Below, in pieces: positions 52,052-60,488 of a stretch of DNA of 64,000 bases; within the stretch, counting starts at the first letter, position 1, and every line of letters starts with the position of its first letter. The translations under genes were made by a program, and so were the position numbers. This stretch comes from Pyrinomonadaceae bacterium. GTDB lineage: Bacteria; Acidobacteriota; Blastocatellia; Pyrinomonadales; Pyrinomonadaceae. Under the pieces are notes generated by a model. That model made no database searches, had not been told where the DNA came from, and worked only from the letters and a program-made list of their open reading frames with translations. The stretch covers positions 626,399 through 690,398 of the forward strand of contig CAWGWE010000002.1 in the NCBI GenBank assembly GCA_963826235.1. Reading direction: 5' to 3'.

Positions 52052-52190
52052 GGTATGAGGAGAGAGGGATGAAGGATGAAAGTACAGATACAACGTCGAA
52101 TCTTTCTTTTTCACTGAATAGTGATTCGACTCTTCGCTCCGGGAAAGCCGATTTTGTCCGCTCATCCCTCATCCCTCAGCCCTCCTCCCT
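52052..52190. repeat. GGGATGA-family inverted repeat
   Basis: The arm 'ggtatgaggagagagggatgaaggatgaaag' faces 'gctcatccctcatccctcagccctcctccc'. The inner stem pairs tcgaatc with gattcga. Confidence 0.85.
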
Positions 52191-52911
52191 TCAAAGGCTC
52201 TCCCCCTCTCGAATCCTGCTCTGGGACATTGACGGCACCTTGATCCGCTCGGCGCGTACCGGCGCATTCAAGGACTACACCATTCCCATGCTGGAAAAAG
52301 TCTTTGGAACCGCGGGAAGACTTGGCGAGATGCAAGTCTCAGGAATGACAGATCTGCAAATCGTCGCCGAGGCTCTGCGCGATGAGGGTTTCACTCACGA
52401 AGACGTCCACCAGCGCATCGATCTTGTGCGCGAGCGTTACATGGAGGAGATGAAGCGCGCCACCGGAAACGGCGAAGAGTTTTTTGAGCTCTTACCCGGC
52501 GTCCGGGAAACACTTGAAGCGATCGCGGCGGAACCTCGCTACCGTTCCGCCTTGCTTACCGGCAACATCGAGCCCGCAGCCTATCTGAAAATGGAGTTGA
52601 TGGGTCTGAGTGAATTCTTCGACCTGCCTGGCGCCTTTGGCGACGAGTCGCACAATCGAAACGATCTACCGGAACTTGCCGCCGCACGAATCAGGGAACA
52701 TCTCGCAGTGGACTTCGAACCGCATCAGTTTATTGTCATCGGTGATACGCCCAACGACATCGCCTGCGCCAAACACTTCGGCGCCCGCTCGCTTGCTGTG
52801 GGCACCGGCCGACTCTACAGCACTAAAGATCTGCTGGCCTGCGATCCCGATGCGTTCATTCCGAATCTTTCTGATTCAATTCAGGTATTAAAGGTCTTGC
52901 ATGAATTGTGA
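52069..52911 (+). CDS. HAD superfamily hydrolase
   Basis: 280-aa ORF with HAD motifs 'LLWDIDGTLI', 'LLTGN' and 'GDTPNDI'. The first ~45 codons are encoded by the GGGATGA repeat pair and the spacer between its two arms, so the true start is uncertain. No canonical start codon lies close to the DxDGT motif. Confidence 0.7.
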   Translation: MKDESTDTTSNLSFSLNSDSTLRSGKADFVRSSLIPQPSSLQRLSPSRILLWDIDGTLIRSARTGAFKDYTIPMLEKVFGTAGRLGEMQVSGMTDLQIVAEALRDEGFTHEDVHQRIDLVRERYMEEMKRATGNGEEFFELLPGVRETLEAIAAEPRYRSALLTGNIEPAAYLKMELMGLSEFFDLPGAFGDESHNRNDLPELAAARIREHLAVDFEPHQFIVIGDTPNDIACAKHFGARSLAVGTGRLYSTKDLLACDPDAFIPNLSDSIQVLKVLHEL

Positions 52912-52914
52912 GTC

Positions 52915-54063
52915 TTAATCGAGAGGTTCGGGTTCTTCGCTTTCTGCGGCGTGAGGGTCGGGAAATGCGGCGCCAATCGGGACAAACCAAACCTCGACAC
53001 CGCTCACCCCGACTTCGGCAGGTCCCGGGTTGATCACAAAAATGCGGTGCTCCTTGATTCCGTTCTTCTCGATCAGTTCAGCCTTCCATTTCTCCACCAG
53101 CTTCACCTCGTCAACCTTCGTAGGTACTGGATCGTAGGCTTCACCTGTAGGAAGCTCCGAGCGAATGATAAAACAGATTCTTAGTTGGCTATCCGCATGC
53201 AATGTATCAACGATGTCTTGTAAAACGCGACCCGCATTTTTCACATCGGCCAGAAAGAAAGTGTCAATCAATGCCAATTGCACTGCTTCCTTTGGTGTTC
53301 GCTCCGGCTTCGCCTCCTTAACTGGTGGTGGTGCATCGGCGGGCAAGATCCAGTGTTGTAGCTTGACCTGCCCATATTCATCCTTCCTTCGTTTTGCCGC
53401 ACCGCCGAAGATGATCTTTATACGCCCTGCGTCAATACCTCTTGCTTTCAGTGTCTCCGCTTGTAGGTTCGCACCTCGGCGCCAACTTCCCGGGGTCGCT
53501 GTTTCGAGATTAAAGGCAACCAGATAGCCCACGCTCCGTTGCTGATTAAGGAGGACATCAGCAAACGCTGCTAGTTCGTAATCACCAAAGCCCGGATCAC
53601 AGCATTCGTCGTAGCTGCCAAAGGAATCACCAATGCTGGACTCAAACATTTTTCCTGAAAAGGGTTTAAGCGTGCTGTTGTACCGCCTGGGTGTAGGCAG
53701 AGCAACACCTGAGGGCAGAATCCAAAGCTGGACGTATACATCGAAAGGGTTTTTATAACGTCCCGCATAGATGGTTTGAACGCGAGCAGGCTCAATCCCG
53801 CGTGAATTGACCAGGTAGTCTTTCGCAACTTTGATAAGAAACTGGCCCGTTCCGCCCCCTTCACCCTCCGGCCCATAGGCGACGATATAAGCCAGGTGAT
53901 ACGGCTCATTCATCAAAGCAATGGCAAAGTTGTCTAGACGAGCCGACGCGTCCTCCGCATTGATAGGGCCGAAGCTGTCGAACACCCTCGTCTTTTGCTG
54001 AGCTAAACCAAGGCTGAGGAGAAATGGGATCGAAACCAGACCTAATAACAGATGCCGTTTCAT
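52915..54063 (-). CDS. Hypothetical secreted protein with three internal ~100-aa repeats
   Basis: 382 aa with a signal peptide. Three modules each end in a similar pattern: 'YLVNSRGIEPARVQTIYAG..VYVQLWILPSG', 'TLKARGIDAGRIKIIFGG..VKLQHWILPAD' and 'ELIEKNGIKEHRIFVINPG..VEVWFVPIG'. Confidence 0.55.
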   Translation of the reverse strand: MKRHLLLGLVSIPFLLSLGLAQQKTRVFDSFGPINAEDASARLDNFAIALMNEPYHLAYIVAYGPEGEGGGTGQFLIKVAKDYLVNSRGIEPARVQTIYAGRYKNPFDVYVQLWILPSGVALPTPRRYNSTLKPFSGKMFESSIGDSFGSYDECCDPGFGDYELAAFADVLLNQQRSVGYLVAFNLETATPGSWRRGANLQAETLKARGIDAGRIKIIFGGAAKRRKDEYGQVKLQHWILPADAPPPVKEAKPERTPKEAVQLALIDTFFLADVKNAGRVLQDIVDTLHADSQLRICFIIRSELPTGEAYDPVPTKVDEVKLVEKWKAELIEKNGIKEHRIFVINPGPAEVGVSGVEVWFVPIGAAFPDPHAAESEEPEPLD

Positions 54064-54123
54064 TCTGAAATGAATCTAGCAGATATGAGTTAAGGATTCG
54101 AGGCTTCCTACAATCCCAGCGTT

Positions 54124-54609
54124 TCAAACCGGTCGGCGCTTCTTCTTGTAAATCGCTTTCACCGTCGAAACAACGCTCCGCGATTTTCCACCCATCGAAA
54201 TTGTCTCGCCCAGCTTTCGAGCATCAGCGCGCGCGAGAGCGAGCGCCCGCCTCAGAAACAAACGAATCTCGGGTCGCGACAGGTCGTCTTGATCCTTAAG
54301 CGACAGGTGCCGAATCCGTTTTCCGCTTCCTAGTAGAGCGTTTTCCGGGTCGTCCAATGAAGCGCCTTCGTTAAAGCCGAGATTCACGCTACGTGTGTAA
54401 ACAGCTATATGACAAATGCCGTCGCTAAACCGCTCGCTCGAGCCGTAACCAATCGCGACTGCGCTGTAAGCGTCGTAGATATTTTCATGACAAGGAGCAA
54501 GTTCGTCGATCACAATCTCGCGCAGGTTCAAAGCGAGCTTTTGAATCCCACGTTCGTAGGGCTTGAGAAACTTGATCAGTTCGGCTGGGGGTTTGGCAGG
54601 CATGGTCAT
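54124..54609 (-). CDS. DUF1801 (YdhG-like) domain protein
   Basis: ORF 54124..54951 trimmed to ATG 54609 ('MTMPAKPPAELIKFL'), because the upstream part overlaps the GNAT gene. The pattern 'IYDAYSAVAIGYG...HIAVYTRSVNLGFNEGASLDDP' resembles DUF1801. Confidence 0.45.
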   Translation of the reverse strand: MTMPAKPPAELIKFLKPYERGIQKLALNLREIVIDELAPCHENIYDAYSAVAIGYGSSERFSDGICHIAVYTRSVNLGFNEGASLDDPENALLGSGKRIRHLSLKDQDDLSRPEIRLFLRRALALARADARKLGETISMGGKSRSVVSTVKAIYKKKRRPV

Positions 54610-54682
54610 CGAATCATTGGTGATTGGGGAATTGGGTGAGTGGCTGATTTTGAATAGAAGCAATGACTCAACCCTGACTGTG

Positions 54683-55243
54683 TCACCTGCCGTTTCGTTT
54701 CCACTCGGGACGAAGCAAGCCATAAAACAAGGCGTCCTGAATTTCTCCGCCAACTTCCCAACGCTCTCGCAAGAATCCCTCTCGCTGAAAACCAAGCCGC
54801 TCCAGCGTCTGGATCGACGCCTCGTTTCGCGGATCAACGTCGGCTTCGAGGCGTCGCAAGTCGAGCGTTTCAAATGCATAGGCAAGCAATGCCTGAAGCG
54901 CTTCGTGCATGTAGCCCTGGCCCCAATGCCGGCGCCCGAGCGCGTAACCAACCTCGGCCCGGCGATTAGTGAAATCGAGGTTGTATAAAGTGGTGGTCCC
55001 GATCAGGTGGTTGTCTGCGCGTCGCGCCACGCCCCACTTCAGCATGACTTGTTGCGCAAAGCTGTCATGGATTTCATTGACCAGTTCCAGAGCCCCTGCG
55101 CGATCCGTTAGTGGCGGCGTACTCCAGTAACGCATCACCTCAACATTCGAAAAGACTTCAAACATCGCGTCAACATCATCTAATGAAATCCGCCGCAGTG
55201 TGAGCCTCGTCGTCGTAATTGTCGGAAAGGTTTGCCAGTCCAT
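54683..55243 (-). CDS. GNAT family N-acetyltransferase (RimJ/RimL-like)
   Basis: 186 aa with 'TTRLTLRRISLDDVDAMFEVFSNVEVMRYW' and 'LGRRHWGQGYMHEALQALLAYAFE'. Confidence 0.75.
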   Translation of the reverse strand: MDWQTFPTITTTRLTLRRISLDDVDAMFEVFSNVEVMRYWSTPPLTDRAGALELVNEIHDSFAQQVMLKWGVARRADNHLIGTTTLYNLDFTNRRAEVGYALGRRHWGQGYMHEALQALLAYAFETLDLRRLEADVDPRNEASIQTLERLGFQREGFLRERWEVGGEIQDALFYGLLRPEWKRNGR

Positions 55244-55273
55244 CGGGGCCGGATTGTAACATCATCGGAATTG

Positions 55274-55608
55274 TCGATAGCCAATTGCCGATTGCCGATT
55301 GGGACTTGTGGGGCTGAATGATGTCCAATGGTCAAAGCCCCTGGCTTCAGCGCGAACAAACTGCGCTTTTTTGACGTTGGACATTGAACTTTGGACGGCT
55401 TCCGTTCCTCGGTTATCTTTCGTTAAGAAACCAACTTCGATGCGCGAGCACATTCGCCATTACAGTACAGGGGCGTTAGCGACCGCTGCCGCTTGCCGAT
55501 TGAGGATTGCCAATTAGTCTCTAGCCAGGTTCCAATCGGAAATCGGCAATTGGAAATTGGCAATGTTAGCGGTCGCTACCGATGCCGTGCCGTACCGAGT
55601 GCCGTTGC
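55274..55608. repeat. Composite of three repeat families in one divergent spacer
   Basis: The GCCAATTG run lies at 55274-55302 and the GGACATT pair at 55316-55397. A two-family composite hairpin spans 55457-55608. Its left half is 'cattacagtacaggggcgttagcgaccgctgccgcttgccgattgaggattgccaatt'. Its right half is 'ccaatcggaaatcggcaattggaaattggcaatgttagcggtcgctaccg..gtaccg'. Confidence 0.8.
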
Positions 55609-55778
55609 AACGATTTGTGAACTCCTCGATCGGATTTTAGCGACCGGCCTATCGCGTGCCTGTCAGCTGTTTCATAAAGAAGATCATCACTCGTTCCGAA
55701 GGTATTAATCAGTCGCGAACTGGCGGTATAGGTAGACTAGAGACCATGCAGCAAAATAAGAATCTTGAGGTAAGCATC

Positions 55779-56288
55779 ATGAAAACAATTGTTGGGCGTC
55801 ATGTCCTTATCGTTATCTTCGTGGCCGGGCTGTTATCGATTCCAACTACGAGCGCCGAAGCCCAAACCCCGACGGCCACGCCGGCACCGACAATCTCTGA
55901 TTTGAGTTGGTTAGCCGGCGATTGGCAGACCGCGGCAGGTGGACGATCACAAACTGATGAACATTGGACTCACCCATCGGGCGCTTCAATGCTCGGCTTG
56001 AGTCGCACGGTCGCAGGGGGACGCACCTACGAGTTTGAATACTTAAGAATTGAACAAAGACAGGACGGGATCTACTACGTCGCTCATCCCAAGGCTCGCT
56101 GCCCGGGAACTGATTTTAAACTGACGAGCGTGACGACCACCGAGGCGGTTTTCGAAAACCCGGCCCATGATTTTCCCAAGCGCATCACTTACCATAAGAC
56201 TGCGGCAGGCTCACTCGTCGCCAGCGTCGACGGCGGCCCCGGCAGCAAGGGCTTTACGTTCACATATCTGCCCATGAAAAAAGGCTGA
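55779..56288 (+). CDS. Hypothetical secreted protein (lipocalin-like DUF, 'FENPAHDFPKRITY' type)
   Basis: ORF 55656..56288 trimmed to ATG 55779 (GAGG RBS). It has a signal peptide ending 'TSAEAQ', and contains 'LSWLAGDWQ' and 'FENPAHDFPKRITY'. Confidence 0.55.
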   Translation: MKTIVGRHVLIVIFVAGLLSIPTTSAEAQTPTATPAPTISDLSWLAGDWQTAAGGRSQTDEHWTHPSGASMLGLSRTVAGGRTYEFEYLRIEQRQDGIYYVAHPKARCPGTDFKLTSVTTTEAVFENPAHDFPKRITYHKTAAGSLVASVDGGPGSKGFTFTYLPMKKG

Positions 56289-56359
56289 ACTTTGAGCTCT
56301 GTACTTTGAGCTTTGGGTTTGTTAGGGGAACGAAGAACAGAGTACTAAGTTCGAAGATC
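56287..56359. repeat. AGTACAAAG-family run pair between convergent genes
   Basis: The run 'gaactttgagctctgtactttgagctttgggtttgtt' faces 'gaacgaagaacagagtactaagttcgaagatc'. Complementarity is only partial. Confidence 0.6.
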
Positions 56360-57026
56360 ATTTCTGCTTGTAAAGCTCCGGCAGCTGCTTCCGCAGATTT
56401 TCTACCTTCGGCATGTCGTGGATGACTATGTAGGGCTCGTTGGGGTGCTGGGCCAGATAATCCTGATGATAATCCTCCGCATCATAGAACGTCTCAAGCG
56501 GTGCCACCTGGGTGACGATGGGCTGGCTGAAAACCTTCACCCGATCAAGTTGCTTGATATAGGACTCGGCAATTACCTTCTGTTCTTCATTCGCATAAAA
56601 GATTGCCGAACGATACTGGGTGCCGCGGTCCGGTCCCTGGCGATTTAGCTCAGTCGGATTATGAGCTACGGAAAAGAAAACTTTGAGCAGTTGTCCGTAA
56701 GTTACTTGAGACGGATCGTACGTAACCTGCACTGACTCCGCGTGCCCTGTCGTTCCTGAACTAACCTTACGGTAATCGGCCGAGGCCGCATCGCCGCCCG
56801 CATATCCAGATCTCGCGTCGCTAACGCCCTTCACATGTTGGAAGACAGCTTCGATTCCCCAAAAACATCCGCCCGCAAGTACCGCTTTTTGTTCACCCTT
56901 CGACTTTGCCAACGGAGCATCAACTTCCGGATCCGGAAGCGGCGTAGACGACGCGTCCGCAGTACTGCAAGCGAAAGTAAAACCGACAAGAATCAGTAGA
57001 GAGCCTAAGAGAATTAGGGCATGCAT
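56358..57026 (-). CDS. msrA: Peptide-methionine (S)-S-oxide reductase MsrA, exported/lipoprotein form
   Basis: 222 aa with the leader 'LLILVGFTFAC' and the active-site motif 'GGCFWGIEAVF' (Cys, not Sec). Confidence 0.85.
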   Translation of the reverse strand: MHALILLGSLLILVGFTFACSTADASSTPLPDPEVDAPLAKSKGEQKAVLAGGCFWGIEAVFQHVKGVSDARSGYAGGDAASADYRKVSSGTTGHAESVQVTYDPSQVTYGQLLKVFFSVAHNPTELNRQGPDRGTQYRSAIFYANEEQKVIAESYIKQLDRVKVFSQPIVTQVAPLETFYDAEDYHQDYLAQHPNEPYIVIHDMPKVENLRKQLPELYKQK

Positions 57027-57177
57027 AAGATTAGTTCCTTATCTTCAGGTCAAATTATAGATTGGGTCGCTGACGAAAATGGTAACTGTCGCGTTATAAC
57101 TTGTCGAGAAAGGAAAAAGCGCTCCACGAAACCACATGAAACGCTTCGTGCAATTTCGTGCAGTCGTCGATCGTCAA

Positions 57178-57239
57178 CTCGGTACAGTACGGGAGCGGTC
57201 GCTCGATCCGGTCCGCCACGATCCGGTCCGCCACGATCC
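57178..57239. repeat. GTACAGTACGG/GCGGTCGC unit followed by 15-nt direct repeat
   Basis: The unit 'ctcggtacagtacgggagcggtcgctc' is followed by 'gatccggtccgccac' twice plus a partial third copy (57205-57239). Confidence 0.75.
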
Positions 57240-57269
57240 CATTCCACCCGCTATCTTAGGTTCATGGCG

Positions 57270-57980
57270 TCAGCTCAACATCTCCTGCACCAGCCGATCG
57301 ACGTGTATCCGCGTCGTATCAAAAAACCGGATTCCATTGTGCTGGCCGTCCGTGAATGTCTGCGGACTAAGTAGCAGAGGCAACTCTGTCCCGCCGAGGA
57401 TTATGCCGTCAATGTCCTCTCGCTGCTTCAGCTCGTCGGCAATGCTGAGAATCCGATCTCTGGTCTCAGGCAGAAAGATGTCATTCAGTAGTTCACCCAT
57501 GTATTTCTCATGAATAAATTTCTGTTCCTCATCATTAGGCGTAATTAATTGAATTCCGGCGCGCGAAAATACGTCGGGGTAGAACCGGCCCTGCATCGTG
57601 AAGCGAGTTCCGAAGAGTCCGATCTTCTTGAAACCAAACTGTTGCACGCGCGCGCACGTTGCTTCCACGATACTGATTAGCGGCAAGCTTGAGCGCCGCT
57701 GCAACTCGTCGAAAACAATGTGAGGGGTATTAGAAGCGAGCGCACCAAAGTCGGCCCCTGCTTGCACCAGAACCTCGATCTCTTTAATTAATCCGTCCGC
57801 AAATTGTTCCAGGTTATTAGCATTAATCCATTCGAGATACTGCTGCAGGTTGATGCTGTTGACGATGAATGCTGGATAGGCGCGTTTGGGATTCTGCTCC
57901 CGATAGGACGAAATTATTAGTCGATAATATTCAATCGTCGACTCTGGACCGATGCCGCCTATGAGACCGAGGGTTTTCAT
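57270..57980 (-). CDS. Aspartate/glutamate racemase family protein (atypical catalytic positions)
   Basis: ORF 57270..58037 trimmed to ATG 57980 ('MKTLGLIGGIGPESTIEYY'). The upstream codons 'MENDKWKMF' come from the AATGGAAA repeat. The motifs read 'ASNTPH' and 'ILGGTELP' where the family usually has 'CNTAH' and 'GCTE'. Confidence 0.7.
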   Translation of the reverse strand: MKTLGLIGGIGPESTIEYYRLIISSYREQNPKRAYPAFIVNSINLQQYLEWINANNLEQFADGLIKEIEVLVQAGADFGALASNTPHIVFDELQRRSSLPLISIVEATCARVQQFGFKKIGLFGTRFTMQGRFYPDVFSRAGIQLITPNDEEQKFIHEKYMGELLNDIFLPETRDRILSIADELKQREDIDGIILGGTELPLLLSPQTFTDGQHNGIRFFDTTRIHVDRLVQEMLS

Positions 57981-58013
57981 GGTGGAAGGATACCCTAAAG
58001 ATGTGATTGAGAA

Positions 58014-58272
<259 letters not shown>

Positions 58273-58283
<11 letters not shown>

Positions 58284-60159
58284 TATTGACTCTTTAATCG
58301 TTAAGTTTCACACTCCTCCCGAGGTTGGGCCTTCTCATCACCGCTGCTGTATGTATGAGAAGTTCAAAGAATTAGACGGCACACATCCCTGGCGGGAAGT
58401 AAGCCCTGATGGTTTTATCGACTATCGTGCTCGCTACCGGCCGAAGGGCCGTGTTCTTTACTTCAACTTCCCGCTCGCCAGGGAACTGGAACTGATCCCG
58501 CTCGATCATCCTCGCCTCATCACGAAAGACCTCGAGCAAGCCATCCTCGAAACTTTCTCGCTGCAAATAATCAACGAATACGATCTAAAGCTGGGCAAGA
58601 AGTATCCTGCGAAAACGGTGAAAGCGCGCCCTTACATGGCGACCCGTTATCTGCAAACCCAGCATCGCAATAAACAAGGTAAGACTTCCGGAGACGGCAG
58701 GAGCATTTGGAATGGCTGCTTGCAGACCTCTAACCTGATTTTCGATATCTCGAGTCGCGGAACGGGCGCGACGATGCTTAGTCCGGGCGCCCAGCAATCT
58801 GATGGCGCTGTTAAGACTGGCGACGAAAGCTATGGCTATTCTTCAGGCCTTGCGGAGCTTGATGAAATGGTGGGCAGCGCGGTCATGTCAGAAATTTTTT
58901 ACCGGCAAGGGATTCCCACCGAGCGTTGTCTGGCCGTGATTGGCTTTACCGATGGCAGCGCAATCGGAGTCAGAAGCGCGCCGAATCTCATCCGGCCAGC
59001 GCACATCTTTCGATACCTCAAACAGGGCCGTCATGCAGAACTCAAGGCGTCGGTCGATTACTTCATTAAGCGAGAAGTTGAGAACCATTTTTGGAAGGTG
59101 CCGCTCGCGGGCGCGGCAAAGTATCAGCGAGCTCTGAATTACCTGGCACGCTCATATGGGAAGATGGCAGCTTTGCTTGAAGAAGAATACATCTTTAACT
59201 GGTTGGCGTGGGACGGAGACAACATGCTGGCAAGCGGTGCGATCCTCGATTACGGATCAATCAGGCAATTTGCCGCCAAGCACGATAAGTATCGCTTCAA
59301 GGATGTGGATCGCTATTCGGCTTCGCTTGCGGAGCAACGCTACTGGGCCCGTCTGATCGTTCAGACGTTTGCGCAGGCGATGGATTTCATTTGTTCTGGT
59401 AAGAAACGCAATCTGCGTGAGTTCAAAACTGCGGAAGCTCTGCTGGCGTTCGATTCTGCTTTCGCAGATGAGAGTGACTACCGCATCCTGTGGCGGATCG
59501 GGTGCAGTCCTCAGCAAATTAATGAGCTGCTAAAAAGCGCACGCGAAGAAGTCAAACAGTTTCACAAATCCCTGACTTATTTTGAGGATCTTAAGGTCGC
59601 GCGCGGCATCGAAAAGCTGCCTGACGGTTTTACCCACAAGCCAGTGTTTCTCATTCGCAACCTATTAAGACAAATGCCCGCATACTACCTGGCACAGAGT
59701 CTGAACCGTGAAGATGATGAGACCGCTTACATGCCGGACGATATCTTCCTGCGTGTCATGGCTGGTTCTTATGTCGGACAAAGAGACTTGAAGTTAACCC
59801 CATCTCGTCGGGCCCACGTTAGGAATTTTCAGCAATGCTACTTGCGGTTGATTGGCTCCCTGGGCCAGCCATTCGAGGAAATCTTAAGAACACTTCAGGA
59901 TCGTTCAGCCGTCATCAACCATCGACATCGCCTAACGGGGGACGCGCTCATTTTCATCATCGAGGAAGTGATTGCTATCAAAGGCAGGATTAAGGTTAAC
60001 GGTCTGCAGGAGGCGCTCGACGCCTTCATCGATTCCCAGGTGTTGGTTCCGGGCAGTTGGCAGCCGGTAGCGCCGGAGCAGTTAAAGCACCGCACACTAA
60101 AATCGCGCTTGCTACTGACAATTCAGGAGAACCTCGAAACGTTCAAAGAATCGATCTGA
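58273..60159 (+). CDS. Divergent SelO/YdiU-like (UPF0061) pseudokinase-fold protein
   Basis: 628 aa. Against E. coli YdiU from memory: 'SGDGRSIWNG...FDISSRGTGAT' aligns with 'LGDGRGILLG...WHLKGAGLTP'. 'AVMSEIFYRQGIPTERCLAVIG' aligns with '[20 protein letters not shown]'. 'NWLAWDGDNMLASGAILDYGSIRQF' aligns with '[23 protein letters not shown]'. Confidence 0.6.
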
Positions 60160-60488
60160 ATCACCTCTCTGATCCTTGCTTCCTGCCGCGTTGTTGCTGA
60201 TTATCGCAGTGCGCTTGTACAATCCCGCCAACTCCCCTTGCCACTCCCGGCGCAACTATAATTTCCTGTCATAAATTTGAAGACAGCTGTGTTTATTCGT
60301 TGAATAGTTCTGATTTTTCAGATGCGTTGAGTGCGGTGGCAAGCGCAGCGCGACACCGCTTTGGATTTTTTGGAGCGCCTCTCCAACATTCAGGTGGGGT
60401 AGTAAGCGGCTTACCGCACGGCATGCGGCCAAGCCGCGCGACGGTTGTCCAATCCTAAGTTGCTCTCAGAAATTGTTTGGAGGTTTCG

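Noticed and set aside
54610-54951. N-terminal 114 codons of ORF 54124..54951.
   Set aside because: This part overlaps the GNAT gene (54683..55243) in another frame and looks out-of-frame. The DUF1801-like sequence starts at the internal ATG 54609.
60329-60365. The motif 'gagtgcggtggcaagcgcagcgcgacaccgctttgga', which translates as ECGGKRSATPLW. It resembles a repetitive extragenic motif I recall from soil-bacterial genomes.
   Set aside because: Only one copy is in the window and the recollection cannot be verified here. There is not enough evidence to call it a repeat element.
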